This document shows, piece by piece, positions 1-12,813 of a stretch of DNA of 64,000 nt. Source of the DNA: Podarcis melisellensis. Its lineage: Eukaryota. The notes beneath the pieces were generated by a model. The model saw only the letters and a list, made by a program, of their open reading frames with translations, was not told where the DNA came from and made no database searches. The position numbers were made by a program, and so were the translations under genes. The DNA lies in the NCBI GenBank assembly GCA_964234715.1, contig OZ174277.1; one strand, written 5' to 3'. Each line of letters opens with the position of its first letter. Position 1 is the first letter of the stretch.

Positions 1-97
1 TTGGAAAAAAAGACAGAATTGCATTCCAAAATACTGCAAAAACTGGTCTCTTTTCTGACCAGGAAGGAGGTTTACCCAGCTTCTATTTCAAGCAAAT

Positions 98-301
98 TTA
101 CTTTTTCTTCCCTCCTTTTCCTCCTTTTCCTCCTCCCTTTTTTTTCTTCTGCACATCTGGGGTTTTCTTTTCTTGCTCTGCTCGAAGAGCGGCTTCTTCA
201 GCTGCTAGTGCTTCTAATCTTAAGCGCTCAGCTTCTAATAGCTTAGCTCTGTATGCTTCCCGGACGCTGAGCACCCTGCCTCGTGCTTCATCTAAGGATG
301 C
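98..301 (-). CDS. ADGB: ADGB exon 35 (last coding exon, stop TAA at 98-100)
   Basis: ASLDEARGRVLSVREAYRAKLLEAE...PDVQKKKKGGGKGGKGGKKK*. Confidence 0.94.
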   Translation of the reverse strand, partial: ASLDEARGRVLSVREAYRAKLLEAERLRLEALAAEEAALRAEQEKKTPDVQKKKKGGGKGGKGGKKK

Positions 302-1281
302 CTATCCAAAAACAAACACATCCACTCTATTCAAAATTGAACCTATAGGTATATAATAAATCTAGTGCCTTTCTAGTAATACTTTAAGTATTTCATTGAG
401 TCCATAAATATGTGGGTCTTTCCTTTTCTCAATTACATGTCTTAATTGTCAGTTTTGTTTAATTATATCAAGTGGGAGAAGCTATCATTTACCGTACCTT
501 TTCAAGTGCATACTTATATATCTTGGGTGTATACCTAAAACAACCACCAAATATTTTGAGCAGATTTCAGTGTTCTAAAACTCTAAATGCTTACTTCACA
601 ACCAAGAAAACTGCACAATGAATTCCTTACGTATTATCTAACACCAGGCCTTTTCTACCTATGGAAAAATTCTGCATCTTGATACAAGAATGTTAAAACG
701 CAACAAATGTTCTAAAGTATAATACACATCAAATGTGTATGCAAATTATTACAAGATGTTATTTACCAGAAGTCTGTAGTAGCATAGAAGGTACTGTAAT
801 AAATAAGCCTAAGTATTATCTCTTCAATACTGTGGATTGCACAACTTTTATAAAAGCATGAATATTTTAGTTGCCTAGAGCTCATGTATATTTTCTCACA
901 AAGTTTTTATTTTTCTAATGACCACACAGATGTATTATACTGAAGGTTTTTTAAAGATGTGTGTCTAGGGGCTGCTTGTCCATACATAACTCTAAGTAGC
1001 AATACTTAAAAAACTGCCTAGGGAGCAAGCCCCATTGAACCCAGCAGGACTTCTCTGAGTAAACAAGCAGAGGATCATGTTGTTGCTATTTATGATCACT
1101 ATAACTGCATGTTGTACTTCCTCTCTGTCCTCAGCAAATTTGGATTGATGATAAAAAAAAGGAAGAAAAGGAAGTGAAAGGAAATCAGGAAAAATATGAA
1201 CCAAGCAAAAACGTAACAGGTAAGCATAAATAAATAAATAAGACATTTATTCAAATGATTAGCAGAATTATGCATACTTAC

Positions 1282-1465
1282 CTGAAGATTGTCATACATA
1301 TCAAGTACATTTTGCTTCAACCGATTCCTAGTTGTGTGTTCTTGCCCTCTGTGTTCTCCAACCATCTCTCGAAATTGTCTAAAATGATTTATTTCTTCTG
1401 CCTTACGCATCTCTTGCTCTTGAATAATAGCTTCATTTTTCAAGACAGGTTCAGGTAGTGTTTTT
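1282..1465 (-). CDS. ADGB: ADGB exon 34
   Basis: KTLPEPVLKNE...KAEEINHFRQFRE...VLDMYDNLQ. Confidence 0.94.
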
Positions 1466-1843
1466 CTGTGGGTAAAGCAGAGATTAAATAGTTCCCTTTG
1501 ATGTGCTGATAAGTTAGAATTGATTTCAGAGCGCTCAGATCCAGATCCACTCCATCTCCATAGCTTTGGGAGCAGGACATGCTTAGAAAATGGGACTAGG
1601 CACAAATAAGACAACACGGTGTACTGCTAAATATAAAGGCATATAAAGGTCTGTATCCAAGGAAGCCATCCTTTTCACAAAAGGACTTTTGATTGAGTGG
1701 AATGAACTTCTCAAGTGCATGTTGTGTTCTCAACCCTCTAGAGGGGAAGTGCCGTCACACAAGTGGGAGTTCTTGTGCTCATGGGATAACTTCATGGGAT
1801 ACAACTAACCATAGGAGCTAGATGAGTACTTTAAAATATTTCT

Positions 1844-2058
1844 TAGGGTTGCCATATGTCTGGAATTTCCTGGCCATATAGGGAATACTGCATTTGGCAA
1901 CAGTGTCCAGGTGGAAATCGGTAAAACCTTCAAGATGTAATGGCAACCCATGTTGGCGATGTCAATTTTGCCGAACTGCCATCAAAGTCATTTTTTTGCA
2001 AAACAAAACCAAAAAGCTCAACAACTTTTCCGTCCCCGTTTGACATATGGCAACCCTA
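1844..2058. mobile_element. Non-autonomous DNA transposon (TAGGGTTGCCA TIR, hAT-like)
   Basis: TIR TAGGGTTGCCATATGTC/GACATATGGCAACCCTA; ATTTCTT on both flanks; related decayed copy at about 3846-3983. Confidence 0.78.
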
Positions 2059-2129
2059 CATTTCTTAACTTTAGCACATTAAAAAATATATATGTTGTAA
2101 CCAAACTTTAAACACTTGCTGCAATTTAC

Positions 2130-2226
2130 CTAATATAGGGAGAGAGGTCTAAAGGTTCCTTCCGCTGCGTTTCAGCAACTACTCCAGCAGGGGACACCAC
2201 TAGCTCAGAAACAGGAGAAGCAGTCC
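2130..2226 (-). CDS. ADGB: ADGB exon 33
   Basis: ...ETQRKEPLDLSPYI(R), compare human MDLSQYVR; phases 1 to 2 fit neighbours. Confidence 0.85.
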
Positions 2227-2632
2227 CTGGCCAGAAAAGAGAAACTGGTCAAAACTTTAGTACCAAATTATCCCAGACATGATAGTTATATATTGACCTG
2301 ATCCAAAGATATAAATATACACCAGCATGTATATTTGCAAAGTGACATGATGATCAGATGGCCAGTGAAGTCACCTTTACCCAAACCGAACTGCTGCCTG
2401 GTAGAAGAGCTTGGGCTCTATCCCAGTCTATAGAAACATATTGTCAGTACTGTCAAAGCTAACAATTTTTTACCCATCTGAATGAAACTGCACCTCCAGA
2501 CCATGTCTATCTATGTATGAGATCTCGGGTTGCACAGCAAGGTGTAAGCCTTTCTCCTTGTGCCATATTTCCTATATCCTTCCAATCACTAGGCTACAGA
2601 CTTAATTAGCTGGCTTTCACTCCATTTCTGGG

Positions 2633-2728
2633 CATAGCTGTCAACTTATCCCTTATCCCTTTTCCTGCAAGGAATCCTATTCGGAATAAGGGAATTTCCC
2701 TTAAAAAAGGAAAACGTTGACAGCTATG
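2633..2728. mobile_element. hAT-type MITE, 96 bp
   Basis: TIR CATAGCTGTCAAC/GTTGACAGCTATG; perfect 8-bp TSD TTTCTGGG. Confidence 0.88.
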
Positions 2729-4004
2729 TTTCTGGGACCAATACAAAGTGCTGGGTTTAACCTCTAAACCCCTAAAATGACTTAGGGCTGGGTTACCTGA
2801 CAGTTCACCATCCCTCATAGCTATCGGTCTAGACCCTGCAACTTCCTTGGAAGCCCTCCTCCAGGTTTCCTACCTAATTAAGTGAGAAAAAACAGCTACA
2901 AGGGAAAGGTGGTGGTATCTCCCCATTTATGGAATGTCTCCCCCGCCCCCCAAAAGCTTGCCTGGCACTTCACTATGGTCTTTATGACACCAGAAGAAGA
3001 CCTCCTTGTTTTTCCAGGCCTTTTATAATTACAACCCATTGAGTGCTTCAGCTTTTGTGCAAGGGATTTTAAGCTAGTGTTAACTATTTTAAATTCTAGG
3101 TTTCTGCTTGCTTTAGTTGCTTTTTTGCTCAGCTTTTTTTCTTAGCTTATCTTATTTCAGTGTAAGTGTTTCAACTGTGAATTATATTTTGTAATTTATG
3201 TAAACTGCGCAGAGAACTTAGTTGTATGAGTAATATACAAATGATACAAATGCAACTGACAGAAAGACAGATACCTTAAGTGCATGATGTGTGTATATAC
3301 AAGAGCCATTAGGCCTTCTGACTGGGAGTCACACAGTAGATGTTAATCCTTCCTTCCATGCTGTTCTCCCAACAAAAATGGCCAGTGAAGCTCCCAGGGG
3401 GGGGGGGAGTTGACATGGACACAAAGAGCAGCCTCCCTCCTGGGCCAAATGTCAGACTGCCAGGAGGATTTTCACTAGGAAAACATAGCGAGGGAAACAT
3501 CTTTCCTCCAAGCTGCTGCCCCTGACTTGAATCGGGAGCCTGTGCAGCAGGGTTGTTTATGTTGTGAACCACCCTGAGATCTACAGGTATAGGGAGGTAT
3601 ACAAATTTAATAAATAATAATAAAATAATAATACTTTGGACTGCAGTATTTTTGCTAAAATGCTTTCCAAAAGCAAGGTATATTCAGAAGTGATTTGACA
3701 AGCAGCATATGATAGAAGTAAAGAATATTTTGCCTATTACCAACACAGCCTGGTTGGTAATGACACACATTTTATTTCATTCCACAAATCCTACACCTGA
3801 AAACTTTCTTCAAGGTTTTCATAGGTAAGAAAGCTTGTATTATTTTAGGGTTGCCATGTGTCCTCTTTTTCCAGGACACCTTTCAGCGGTAAAATTTGAG
3901 ATAAATGGCATTTATTTGCTTTGAGTGGCCGTTATAGCAGTCATAGCATCCTCTTTTTTGCTCTTCAAAATATGGCAACCTTATTTATGTAGGCATACAC
4001 ATAC

Positions 4005-4107
4005 CTGTTTCTCCTGAACTCACTCTAGTGCTGACACTGTCAGCCTCAGATGCAACCAAACCTTTCCGCGCACATTTGTTAATAAACTGCATGCGCTCCT
4101 GAACAGC
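4005..4107 (-). CDS. ADGB: ADGB exon 32
   Basis: AVQERMQFINKCARK...; CAG/GTATG. Confidence 0.87.
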
Positions 4108-5174
4108 CTGCAAAGAGAGTTTTATTGCAAATATTTGAAGTACTGCATGATATATTAATTACCAAGCCATTTTTATATAGGGACATTTTTAGCACTGGCA
4201 AAAGATATATTCAATAATTCATGAATTTTATAGATGCAAAAGCCAGAATTTTAGGCTAAAAGCTTAATATGATCATAAAAATTCTATGCATCCATGCACT
4301 GGTAAGCACTGGCTATCAACATGGATTTAAAGCCTCTTGGTTTTATCAATACCAACATGTATCTAGCATGGATATCCAAAAGCAATTATAATAGTTTTCC
4401 CACCCTCAAGTCTGTTTAGAAGATGCTTCCAAAGCCAACATCTTGTTTATGATTCCCAGTTCACATGTAAACAAACAAGATTGGCTTGGCCTGTTGGTTG
4501 TTGGGTTGGCATTGCAAACAGACTTGGGACATCGGGAAATAGGGTTCTTCTATACAGCGACAACTGGTGAAGCAATTTTTAAACCCTCCCTTCCTTTCCC
4601 ACATAATATTGATGTTTATTGCAATAATGTGAGTCCAAATTAACACACTGTAGCCTTGGAATGCCTCTTTGCTCCAAATCAAATCCTGCCAACAGGAGGT
4701 CCTTTCATGGCTTCAGGAAAAGGTTGCCAGGCAGGAATGCTCTCCTCTCCTATATTTTATAATTTTGAAATGACTGACAAAACAGTCCTTGAGGCAGATT
4801 TACAAAAAGCCAGGCAATACAAAGCAAGGTCTTCCACAACCTTGTTGTCTGTGATGGAGAATGAGTAGGTGGTCACTCCCTTTCTTCCACTCATGCCATT
4901 TTTCTTAAAGTAATCTGGAAAGCTATTATTCCCTTCCCCCTTCAAATAAGTTGAACTCGGGGAAAGGAGATTACCTTTTTCGGAGGCACAAATTTTCAAC
5001 AACAAAGAATGTGTCACAATTAGGAAAATGATCTCAATGATTGTCATCCAGATGGGATGGGGGAGGATCCGGCTTCTCAGACAGGAGAGCAGTGGACCAG
5101 AATCCAAAACCAGAGGCAAGCTGGCGGTGAGTAGCTAAATACACAGTTCGAAATTAGGGGAGGCAGGTCCAATG

Positions 5175-5229
5175 AGTAGCCACCCAGAGTGGCTGGGGAA
5201 ACCCAGCCAGATGGGCAGGGTAGAAATAA

Positions 5230-5268
<39 letters not shown>
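5175..5268 (+). repeat. LINE/SINE 3' tail with (TTA)n; inverted relative at about 25754-25885
   Basis: CCCAGAGTGGCTGGGGAAACCCAGCCAGATGGGCAGGGTA followed by a TTA microsatellite. Confidence 0.65.
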
Positions 5269-7497
5269 GGTGGGTGCTTGTCTTCTTTCAACTCCAAAAG
5301 GCAGCTATTGTGTCTGACTATGTATGGAGAAAGAAACTAAAAGGAATGCTACAGAAAGCCAGGATTTGACACTTCACTGGTTATGTTAGGAGACACATCT
5401 ACTCAGGGCAGTCTTTAGCATATGCGCTACCCAGTGCCCCCAAAATTGGTTTAGCTGCCCCCAAATTAACTTTTATTGAGCTTTTTTTGGGAAGGGCAAA
5501 CTCAAAGTTATTGAGCTTTTTTTGGTGGGGAAATCACTCACCTGTAACAACAACACAGTGGAAAAAGCTGCTTTTGTTTCCTAACTCATCAAGAATGTTT
5601 GACGCTACGGGGTAGCAGAGCAACAGAGGAGGGAGGCGGGGACTTTCACTCCATTGCTTTTCACTGCCACCAATCGAGAGGGACTAGTATACAGCAGTAG
5701 GTATACATTTGGCACCCCCCAGAATTCAGCGCCCGAGTGCACCACACCCTGAGTAATGACGGCCCTGCATCTACTACCACATCTACTTCATGTGAGGTAC
5801 TCATATGAATACATTTCTAAGAAAGACAGGAAAGTCTAAATCATTGCATGTCTGCTACATGCCCACTTCTCCCCTGTCTGACCACTAGTTTGTGTTTGAG
5901 CTGAATACTATCTTAGAGAACAAAAACAAAGAAATAAGTTTGCATTTTCTCACCCAATCCTTTGCCCATTGCCCCATAATAGAGCCACTGCTGGTAAGAT
6001 GGCCACAATATACCAGGCACAGTCAATGTTAGGGCAAGCAACAGATAGATAGTCAAAAAGCCTGACATGGCATAAGACAGCTTCTTGTATTGCCTATGAT
6101 GTTACCATAGCAACATGGCACATGCATGTAATTGCAGTGGCATATGAAACAACAATCTCTTCAGATTTGGTCCGGCTGTACAACAGTAGCATGTTATCAT
6201 TGCACACCAAGAGAACGTATCATTTAAATTTTGAGCCGAGCGGCTTAATTGTTTTAATAAGTGATGGAGGTCTGGCTGACAACTGAATGATGAGTCACTG
6301 AATTAAAGCACACACATGGGTAAATGACTCATGTCACAACATTCAGCTGCAGTGCTTGGAGTGACAGGAACAGAAACAAAAAATCAATATTTTCTCCTTA
6401 AATTATGCAATTTTAAGCTGTTTGACTACTAGCTGTTAAATAACAAAAACAACTGGGTACATGGAAAATGCACTGAATAAAGCACAATATTTTTAAAAGG
6501 GGAGATTATTAATGCTTATAAAAGAAAAACACCTTGTTTTGTTTTGGCAGTCATGGTGATGCTCAGTTATTTACATAAAATATGCCCTGCTGGAATGGAT
6601 CAAAGGCCCAATCTAATCCAGCATTCTGAGTCCAGCAGTGACTGGTATTGTCTTTTAAACATATTAGGCTGGATTAAACTAAGTTGTTGTGCTAGCAGAA
6701 TCCAGTGCAATGAGTAATGAGTCCCACTGTAGGTCTCCCTTGCTCCCCCTCTTCCCAAATCAGCTTGGGAGGAGCAGGAGAACCCCTAGAAAAGTCGGAG
6801 GGGTGGGAAATCAGCCTGTCTGGCAAGCACAGGGGTGCCATCTCCTAGGGGCTGAACACACCCCCAAGTCCAAATCACAGAGCCGGGCACAATGTGGCCT
6901 CAATAGCCATGGCTCCTTCTCCTCTTCCTCCTCCTGCTATGGAGGGAAAAGAGGCTGGAAGCAGCCCCAGGCCGGTGGTGGCGGCAGCTGCAGGAGAAGC
7001 CACAGCCATTGAAGCTGTGCTGCCACTGTGCTGAGCTCTGCCCCAGCTCCTCCAACATCCTGACATCACATGCACTGTGCATCCCCCCCCCCCCCAATCT
7101 TATTCAGAAGCTGGCATGTGCGGGCAAGCAGAAATGCTTCTGCTGAGAGGGCAATAGATTTGGCACAAAATTTAATTACACCCATTGTAAGCCACCTCAT
7201 GTTGGCTACTGTGATGAAAACAGCAATGTTAAAAATTGCAGCCATAACCAAGTCAGAATGTTACCAGCCAGCACTGTAAAGCATAGATGAAAATTCAGGG
7301 CTTTCACTGCCTAGCTGCCTACCGTGATTTATTCAAATCAATCTCTCAGTTCAGCCTCAGCACTCACTCTTCAAACAGGAGTTTGATACTGAAAAATCTC
7401 TGCAGGGATTTGACTTTTTGGTTGGCATTTCCACACTACCCTGCTGAATCTCGGAACTCATTTTAAATGCATGTGTAAAACGATAAGCCCTGGTTAC

Positions 7498-7653
7498 CTT
7501 AACAGCTCTCCCTGGCTCCGCAGCCTCCCATGCTTGCTTCATAGCTTTGATCTCATCTGCTCTCTCAGTGTCTTTCCTCAAATCCAGTGCTTCTATTTCA
7601 TTTTGTTCAATGACTAGACGTAAGATCCAGGAGGGTTTGTTAGGATCAGATTG
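7498..7653 (-). CDS. ADGB: ADGB exon 31
   Basis: QSDPNKPSWILRLV...KDTERADEIKAMKQAWEAAEPGRAVK. Confidence 0.96.
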
Positions 7654-8929
7654 CTAGAAATGAAATGCACAAAGCAAAATCAGAAGAGCACATATTGCTT
7701 TGAAATTCTCAAATGAATGAAAGAGCCAATTCATTATCGAGAAGCACTGTCTGTGATAGACTGTTATTGTCAAAGAATGCCAAATGCCACCCTCTGGTTT
7801 CATTTGACATATGTGTGCTCAACTTTGCAAGGGAACCTGCAAGAGATACCATCCCCAGAACTAGTCTGTTTCCCCCATACATGCAGCAAAGGCTGCTTTC
7901 AGTCAATATCTTCTTTAGCAGAGCAGTAATGGGTCAATGGAGGGTTGGATTTGAAGTGAACCCCAATGTGAGTTGTTTTAAAACCTGGTTTCTAAACTGC
8001 GGTTCAGGAGTGCCCTTATTCATGGCTAGCACATGACTGCCAAGAGAAATTTGTAAAAATGGGGTAATTGCTGGGGAGGAAAGAGAGCATGTGATTCTGC
8101 TACCCAAACTATGAGTAGTCTTGGAGTAGCACTATGTTTATCATGGGTGCTAATCATTTGCAGCACATCAATGGCATGAAAGGAGGGAGAAAAAACTCTT
8201 TTTTCATTTACAGATGCTTGCTTCCGTGTCCAGTCACCTGAAGATGGTTGTTATTTGCCATAGCTAAGATACCAAGTTGCCTAGGGGGCTCTTGTGGATA
8301 ATTAGTATTACTAGGCTTATCTAGGCCATCACCATGTAAAATGAAGAAATGTGGACAGAAACAAGTTAATGAAAATAAACAAGAGAGGCCACTTGAGTTG
8401 ATCCAAGTAGATAGGCAGAAGAGAACACCCTAAAAAGTGTGGCAATGTATTTCCACCCTCAAGTGGAGGTGTAGAGGAAGGGGAATCAAAAACTATTAAG
8501 GGTCATTAAATAAAGGGTCATTAAAATAAAGATGATGATAATTATGATAGTGGAAGATATGAATGAAATGTGTATGAGGGGCCGAACAAGTTGTGAAACC
8601 TCTCAGTTGTCACAACTGTGACATTAGTGATGCAAATTACAACTGATATTAATATTTCGTTGCTCCAGCAAATTCAAATAGAATTTGAATTCAATTCAAT
8701 TTGCATTCCATTCAGTTATACAGGATTTCAAGACAGCTGCCTAGCCAGGCAGAGCTGAAATATAGCACAATACAGTGTGTTTCAGCCATAGCACTAGAGA
8801 GTGAACATATTAAAATTTTTTTACTACTTTCCCTTTCACTCTTGGAAAAATATAGAAGAAATTTACTCTATACACCATCATTCAGAACATTTGAAAATGC
8901 ACTTTATGAACTCGTTTATTTATTATTAC

Positions 8930-9114
8930 CTGTGATTCGGGCCTAACAACAGTTACGGGTTTTTCTTTAGCAGCTTTTTCTGCCTTCTCAGTTGTTTTCT
9001 CCTTCACTTTTCGACCTCCTTTGGAAGAGCCTGCAGATTTTTGTCCTTCCATGTTGCTGTGAATGTCTGGACTTAGGACACTTACACTTTCTTCATGTTT
9101 TTCAGTAGGACGTG
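8930..9114 (-). CDS. ADGB: ADGB exon 30
   Basis: RPTEKHEESVSVLSPDIHSNMEGQKS...RPESQ. Confidence 0.92.
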
Positions 9115-9648
9115 CTGTGTAAATTTCATTGTAGTGTTTATTTATGCTTTCCATTTATGCTTCTGGAGCTACATAATTGTTTGTTACCGAAGAGTTTACT
9201 TTTAGGAAACAGGTCTTAAAAATTATGCACTCTCCCTTATTTATGACAAACTGTTGTAAATTTCACTTTAAAAGTAAAATGTTCTGTCCTAGCTACTTAA
9301 TTTGGACACTAAAATCTACCCTAGATGGCACTGTTGTCTTACATTATGAAATATTAGGATGAGAGATGAAAGCTTATAGAAGTGGTTTTCTATTTTTCCA
9401 TTTACACAATAGCGTTTTTTGGAAATTATCAAGTGACATGTTCTTTTTTTGATGCAGGACTGTATCAGCATCTTTGAATAAAAAATAATTTTAACTACAT
9501 CCAGCATGTCTGCAACTCTCCTTGTCAGCCTCTTTCTGACTCAAAACACTACCACTCAAAACACTCAAAACACTACCACTACTTTTCCAAGTTAATATAA
9601 TGATAGACTTTCAGGAAGTATTTTAAATAAACAAAAAGTAACTTAGAT

Positions 9649-10171
9649 CTTCTTGGGAGAAAAGCAATGACAAACCTAGACAGCATCTTAAAAAGCAGAG
9701 ACATCACCTTGCCAACAAAGGTCTGTATAGTAAAAGCAATGGTTTTCCCAGTAGTGATGTATGGAAGTGAAAGCTGGACCATAAAGAAGGCTGTCCGCCA
9801 AAGAATTGATGCTTTTGAATTATGGTGCTGGAGGAGACTCTTGAGAGTCCCATGGATTGCAAGAAGATCAAACCTATCCATTCTTAATCAGCCCTGAGTG
9901 CTCACTGGAAGGACAGATCGTGAAGCTGAGGCTCAAATACTTTGGCCACCTCATGAGAAGAGAAGACTCCGTGGAAAAGACCCTGACGTTGGGAAAGATG
10001 GAGGGCACAAGGAGAAGGGGACGACAGAGGATGAGATGGTTGGACAGTGTTCTTGAAGGTACCAGCATGAGTTTGACCAAACTGCGGGAGGCAGTGGAAG
10101 ACAGAAGTGCCTGGTGTGCTCTGGTCCATGGGGTCACGAAGAGTCGGACACGACTAAACAACAACAACAAC
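9649..10171 (+). mobile_element. BovB (RTE) LINE, 5'-truncated 3' fragment
   Basis: Peptides MTNLDSILKSRDITLPTKV..KAMVFPVVMYGSESWTIKKA and KLRLKYFGHLMRR..EKTL; frameshift near 9888; (CAA)n tail. Confidence 0.93.
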
Positions 10172-11084
10172 TTATAACTTAAGAACAGTTAGTTGGATAA
10201 CAGTGAGTGGTCTTAAGAACAGTCAGTCACAAGGAAGGTGGGCTGGCCAGCTGATCCCACACAGACCCAGGTGGAACACGCAGTCCATTGTACACAGAAA
10301 ATTAAAAAATAAATAAATAAAAAGCACAGGCAACAGCTTCTTCCAATAGTTTCAGCCACAAGGAAAATAGGGCTGGCTGCACTCAGCCCTGGATAGAACC
10401 ATCACCATCTAAAAAAAACCCAGTTTCATATCCTTTGACATGCATAACTATTTCAATCATTATAAAGGATGGTAAAAAAGTTATCATTTGAGGCCATAAT
10501 TCAAAACAAATGGCACTCCAAAGTAGAAGTTGGAAAAATAAGACCTAATAAATAAATTGTGACATCATGCTCGCAGTATCAGAGCAACAGTTTATCTTCA
10601 ATTGTATGTTCATATTTGTTCATTTCAGCACACTGTTTCTAATGTCTTGGTGTAAGAGAGGTAATAAGGTACACTAGCATACTAAAGAAGAAAAAAGCTA
10701 CTCCCAGAGAAATTTGCACTCCAGACTTATTGAATTCCTAAAACCACCTACTAGGAAGAATGTCCCATTGAAATTCATGGGATTGCATAGGATTGCCCTG
10801 AGACTTAAGCACCATAGTTTTAATGGACTTGAATATAATTGATTTTTTCTGGATTGACCTCTCTCTCTCTCTATTTAATAAAGTTTTGTGCTACCATTCA
10901 GTAAAAACTTTCTCAGGGTGGTATTAAAGGCATTTATCAGAAACAATTTGCTATTTGTAAGTTCTCATCACAATTCTGTTAAATGTAAGTTACATAATTA
11001 GCTAACTGGCATCAAAGAAATTGGTGTTTCAGTTATGACGCATTTCAATAAAAAAATAAGCATGTAGCAAAGTCACTCACTCAC

Positions 11085-11196
11085 CTTTGATTTCATTTTT
11101 TTCCAGTTCTCTCAGTGCCTGAACAAATACCAATTGGTTCTCAGTAAGTGGCCAACTATTATGCAACACAGAGGCTTGTATAATATACTTGTGAGG
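11085..11196 (-). CDS. ADGB: ADGB exon 29
   Basis: PHKYIIQASVLHNSWPLTENQLVFVQALRELEKNEIK. Confidence 0.95.
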
Positions 11197-12009
11197 CTGT
11201 AAAAGCGAAATGCAGTAAATTACTTTTTTCAGAAATAATCACAGCTTCTTATTTTAATATTTTAAAAAACCTTGCTTTTAGCCACCACTCCTTTGACTAC
11301 TATCTTAGATTTCTGTAGGGAAGGAAAGAAGCGTCAAATAAGGTGCTTGAAGAATCTAAACCTCTCAGACTGAAATGCAGGTTGAAACTTAACTAGCCAC
11401 CAGTTCTTTCACTTCTCTGAATGCTAAGATTCAGATCTAGGCTGTTTAGTATCAAAATATGCACTTAAATATGTATATTGAAAGGACTTTTAGAATAATT
11501 TTTAGAAATGCACAAATTAATGCAGAAATGGAATGGGATTATGGGTAAAAGAGGCAAGAAATACCATGATGGGGTTTGCCCAACTATATGCCCCAGACAA
11601 GGGGGCTTGGTTTGGAGGAGCAGAAGAGAAAAAGCAGGTCCGGTGCCCTCAAGGAAAGACAGAGCACACCCCAAGGCATTACTGGGCTGCCTCTTTGACA
11701 ACTTGAGCATGTCGCTTAACTCCTTGTTTCCTACAGGTTTGCTCTGCAGGTGACTGTGCCCAGCAAAGGCATGGGTCAGCACAAGAGAGGAAGCAAACCA
11801 TGACATACAAAAGCTGCCCTATCTGTTACAGGTAAACTTGCACATATTACTTATATATTCGAGGCATTAGGCACTTGTTACACAGAGGTCTCCAAACAAC
11901 CTGCAGCTTATTAGAAACATAAGCATCAATACATTATAATATGAACATGTACCTTGGATACCAAATATTGTATTACCATGCATTTATGTATATTGTATAG
12001 ATTTAATAT

Positions 12010-12065
12010 CAGCTGAGGAAGCCCTTCGGGGTGAAACAAGGGAGATATCCGGAAACCTTGTTCTG
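12010..12065 (+). ncRNA. Type I hammerhead ribozyme motif, probably from a Penelope-like element relic (about 11930-12440)
   Basis: CTGAGGA(A)-GCCC TTCG GGGT-GAAA core; stem III CAAGG/CCTTG; GUU triplet; short stem I CAG/CTG. Confidence 0.65.
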
Positions 12066-12813
12066 CCCAAGTTAGCAGTTTGCAGCTGCACCAGCCAGCT
12101 AGTGCCAGCAGTCTACATCAGCTGTGTTGTTCTTGTTACCTTGAGGACTTTTCTATTTTCACCTAAGGATTGTGTTATACAGAAACTTACAGGAAGAAAC
12201 AATAAGAAAGCCTAAGGATTGTGTTATACAGGAACTTACAAGGAGAAACAATAAGAAAAGATAAGTAAAGAAGAAAGGTATTAATATTGTAATTAGACTC
12301 ATAGGTTATATACCGTACATATGAACTGTATATGTTGCATTAGGAAACAACCAATAAAATGTTTTTATTGGTTATTAATATTCAGCTTGTTGCGCTTTGT
12401 GTATTGTGTTACACCTGAATACAGCTACCACAAGTATGTGCCTCCATTTGGCCATTCAGTAGCCCTGGGAAGAACAAAAGCACCATTTTAACATGCTAGA
12501 GTGGCGATTCAGCAAGATAGCCCCACTGCTGGTGGTGCCTTGTTCTGTTTTGCGCAAGCGTTCTGTTCTTCCTTTTCATCTAATTCCAAACCCCCATTTA
12601 GCAGGAATCTTGAATTACCTGAACCTTGTTTTCATCCTCTTGTTTGAGATAACACTCCCCTTAGGAAACACGATACCTAAGAGTTCACTCCTGGGGAACT
12701 GCTTTATTCAACCTTCCACAGGAACTTTAGGATACAATGTTTATTACACTATGAAGCAACGTAGTAGGAATTATTCTCAAAATTCCTCCACAAATATATT
12801 TAAGATCTCTCAC

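Noticed and set aside
1-246. Plus-strand hydrophobic 81-aa ORF
   Set aside because: Antisense reading of the Lys/Glu-rich last ADGB exon.
8238-8263. Candidate ADGB micro-exon (TAG...AG|GTGAC) between exons 30 and 31
   Set aside because: 26 nt would shift the frame between two phase-0 junctions, and the polypyrimidine tract is weak.
12162-12259. CRISPR-like repeat
   Set aside because: Two abutting copies with no spacers, in vertebrate DNA; a simple tandem duplication.
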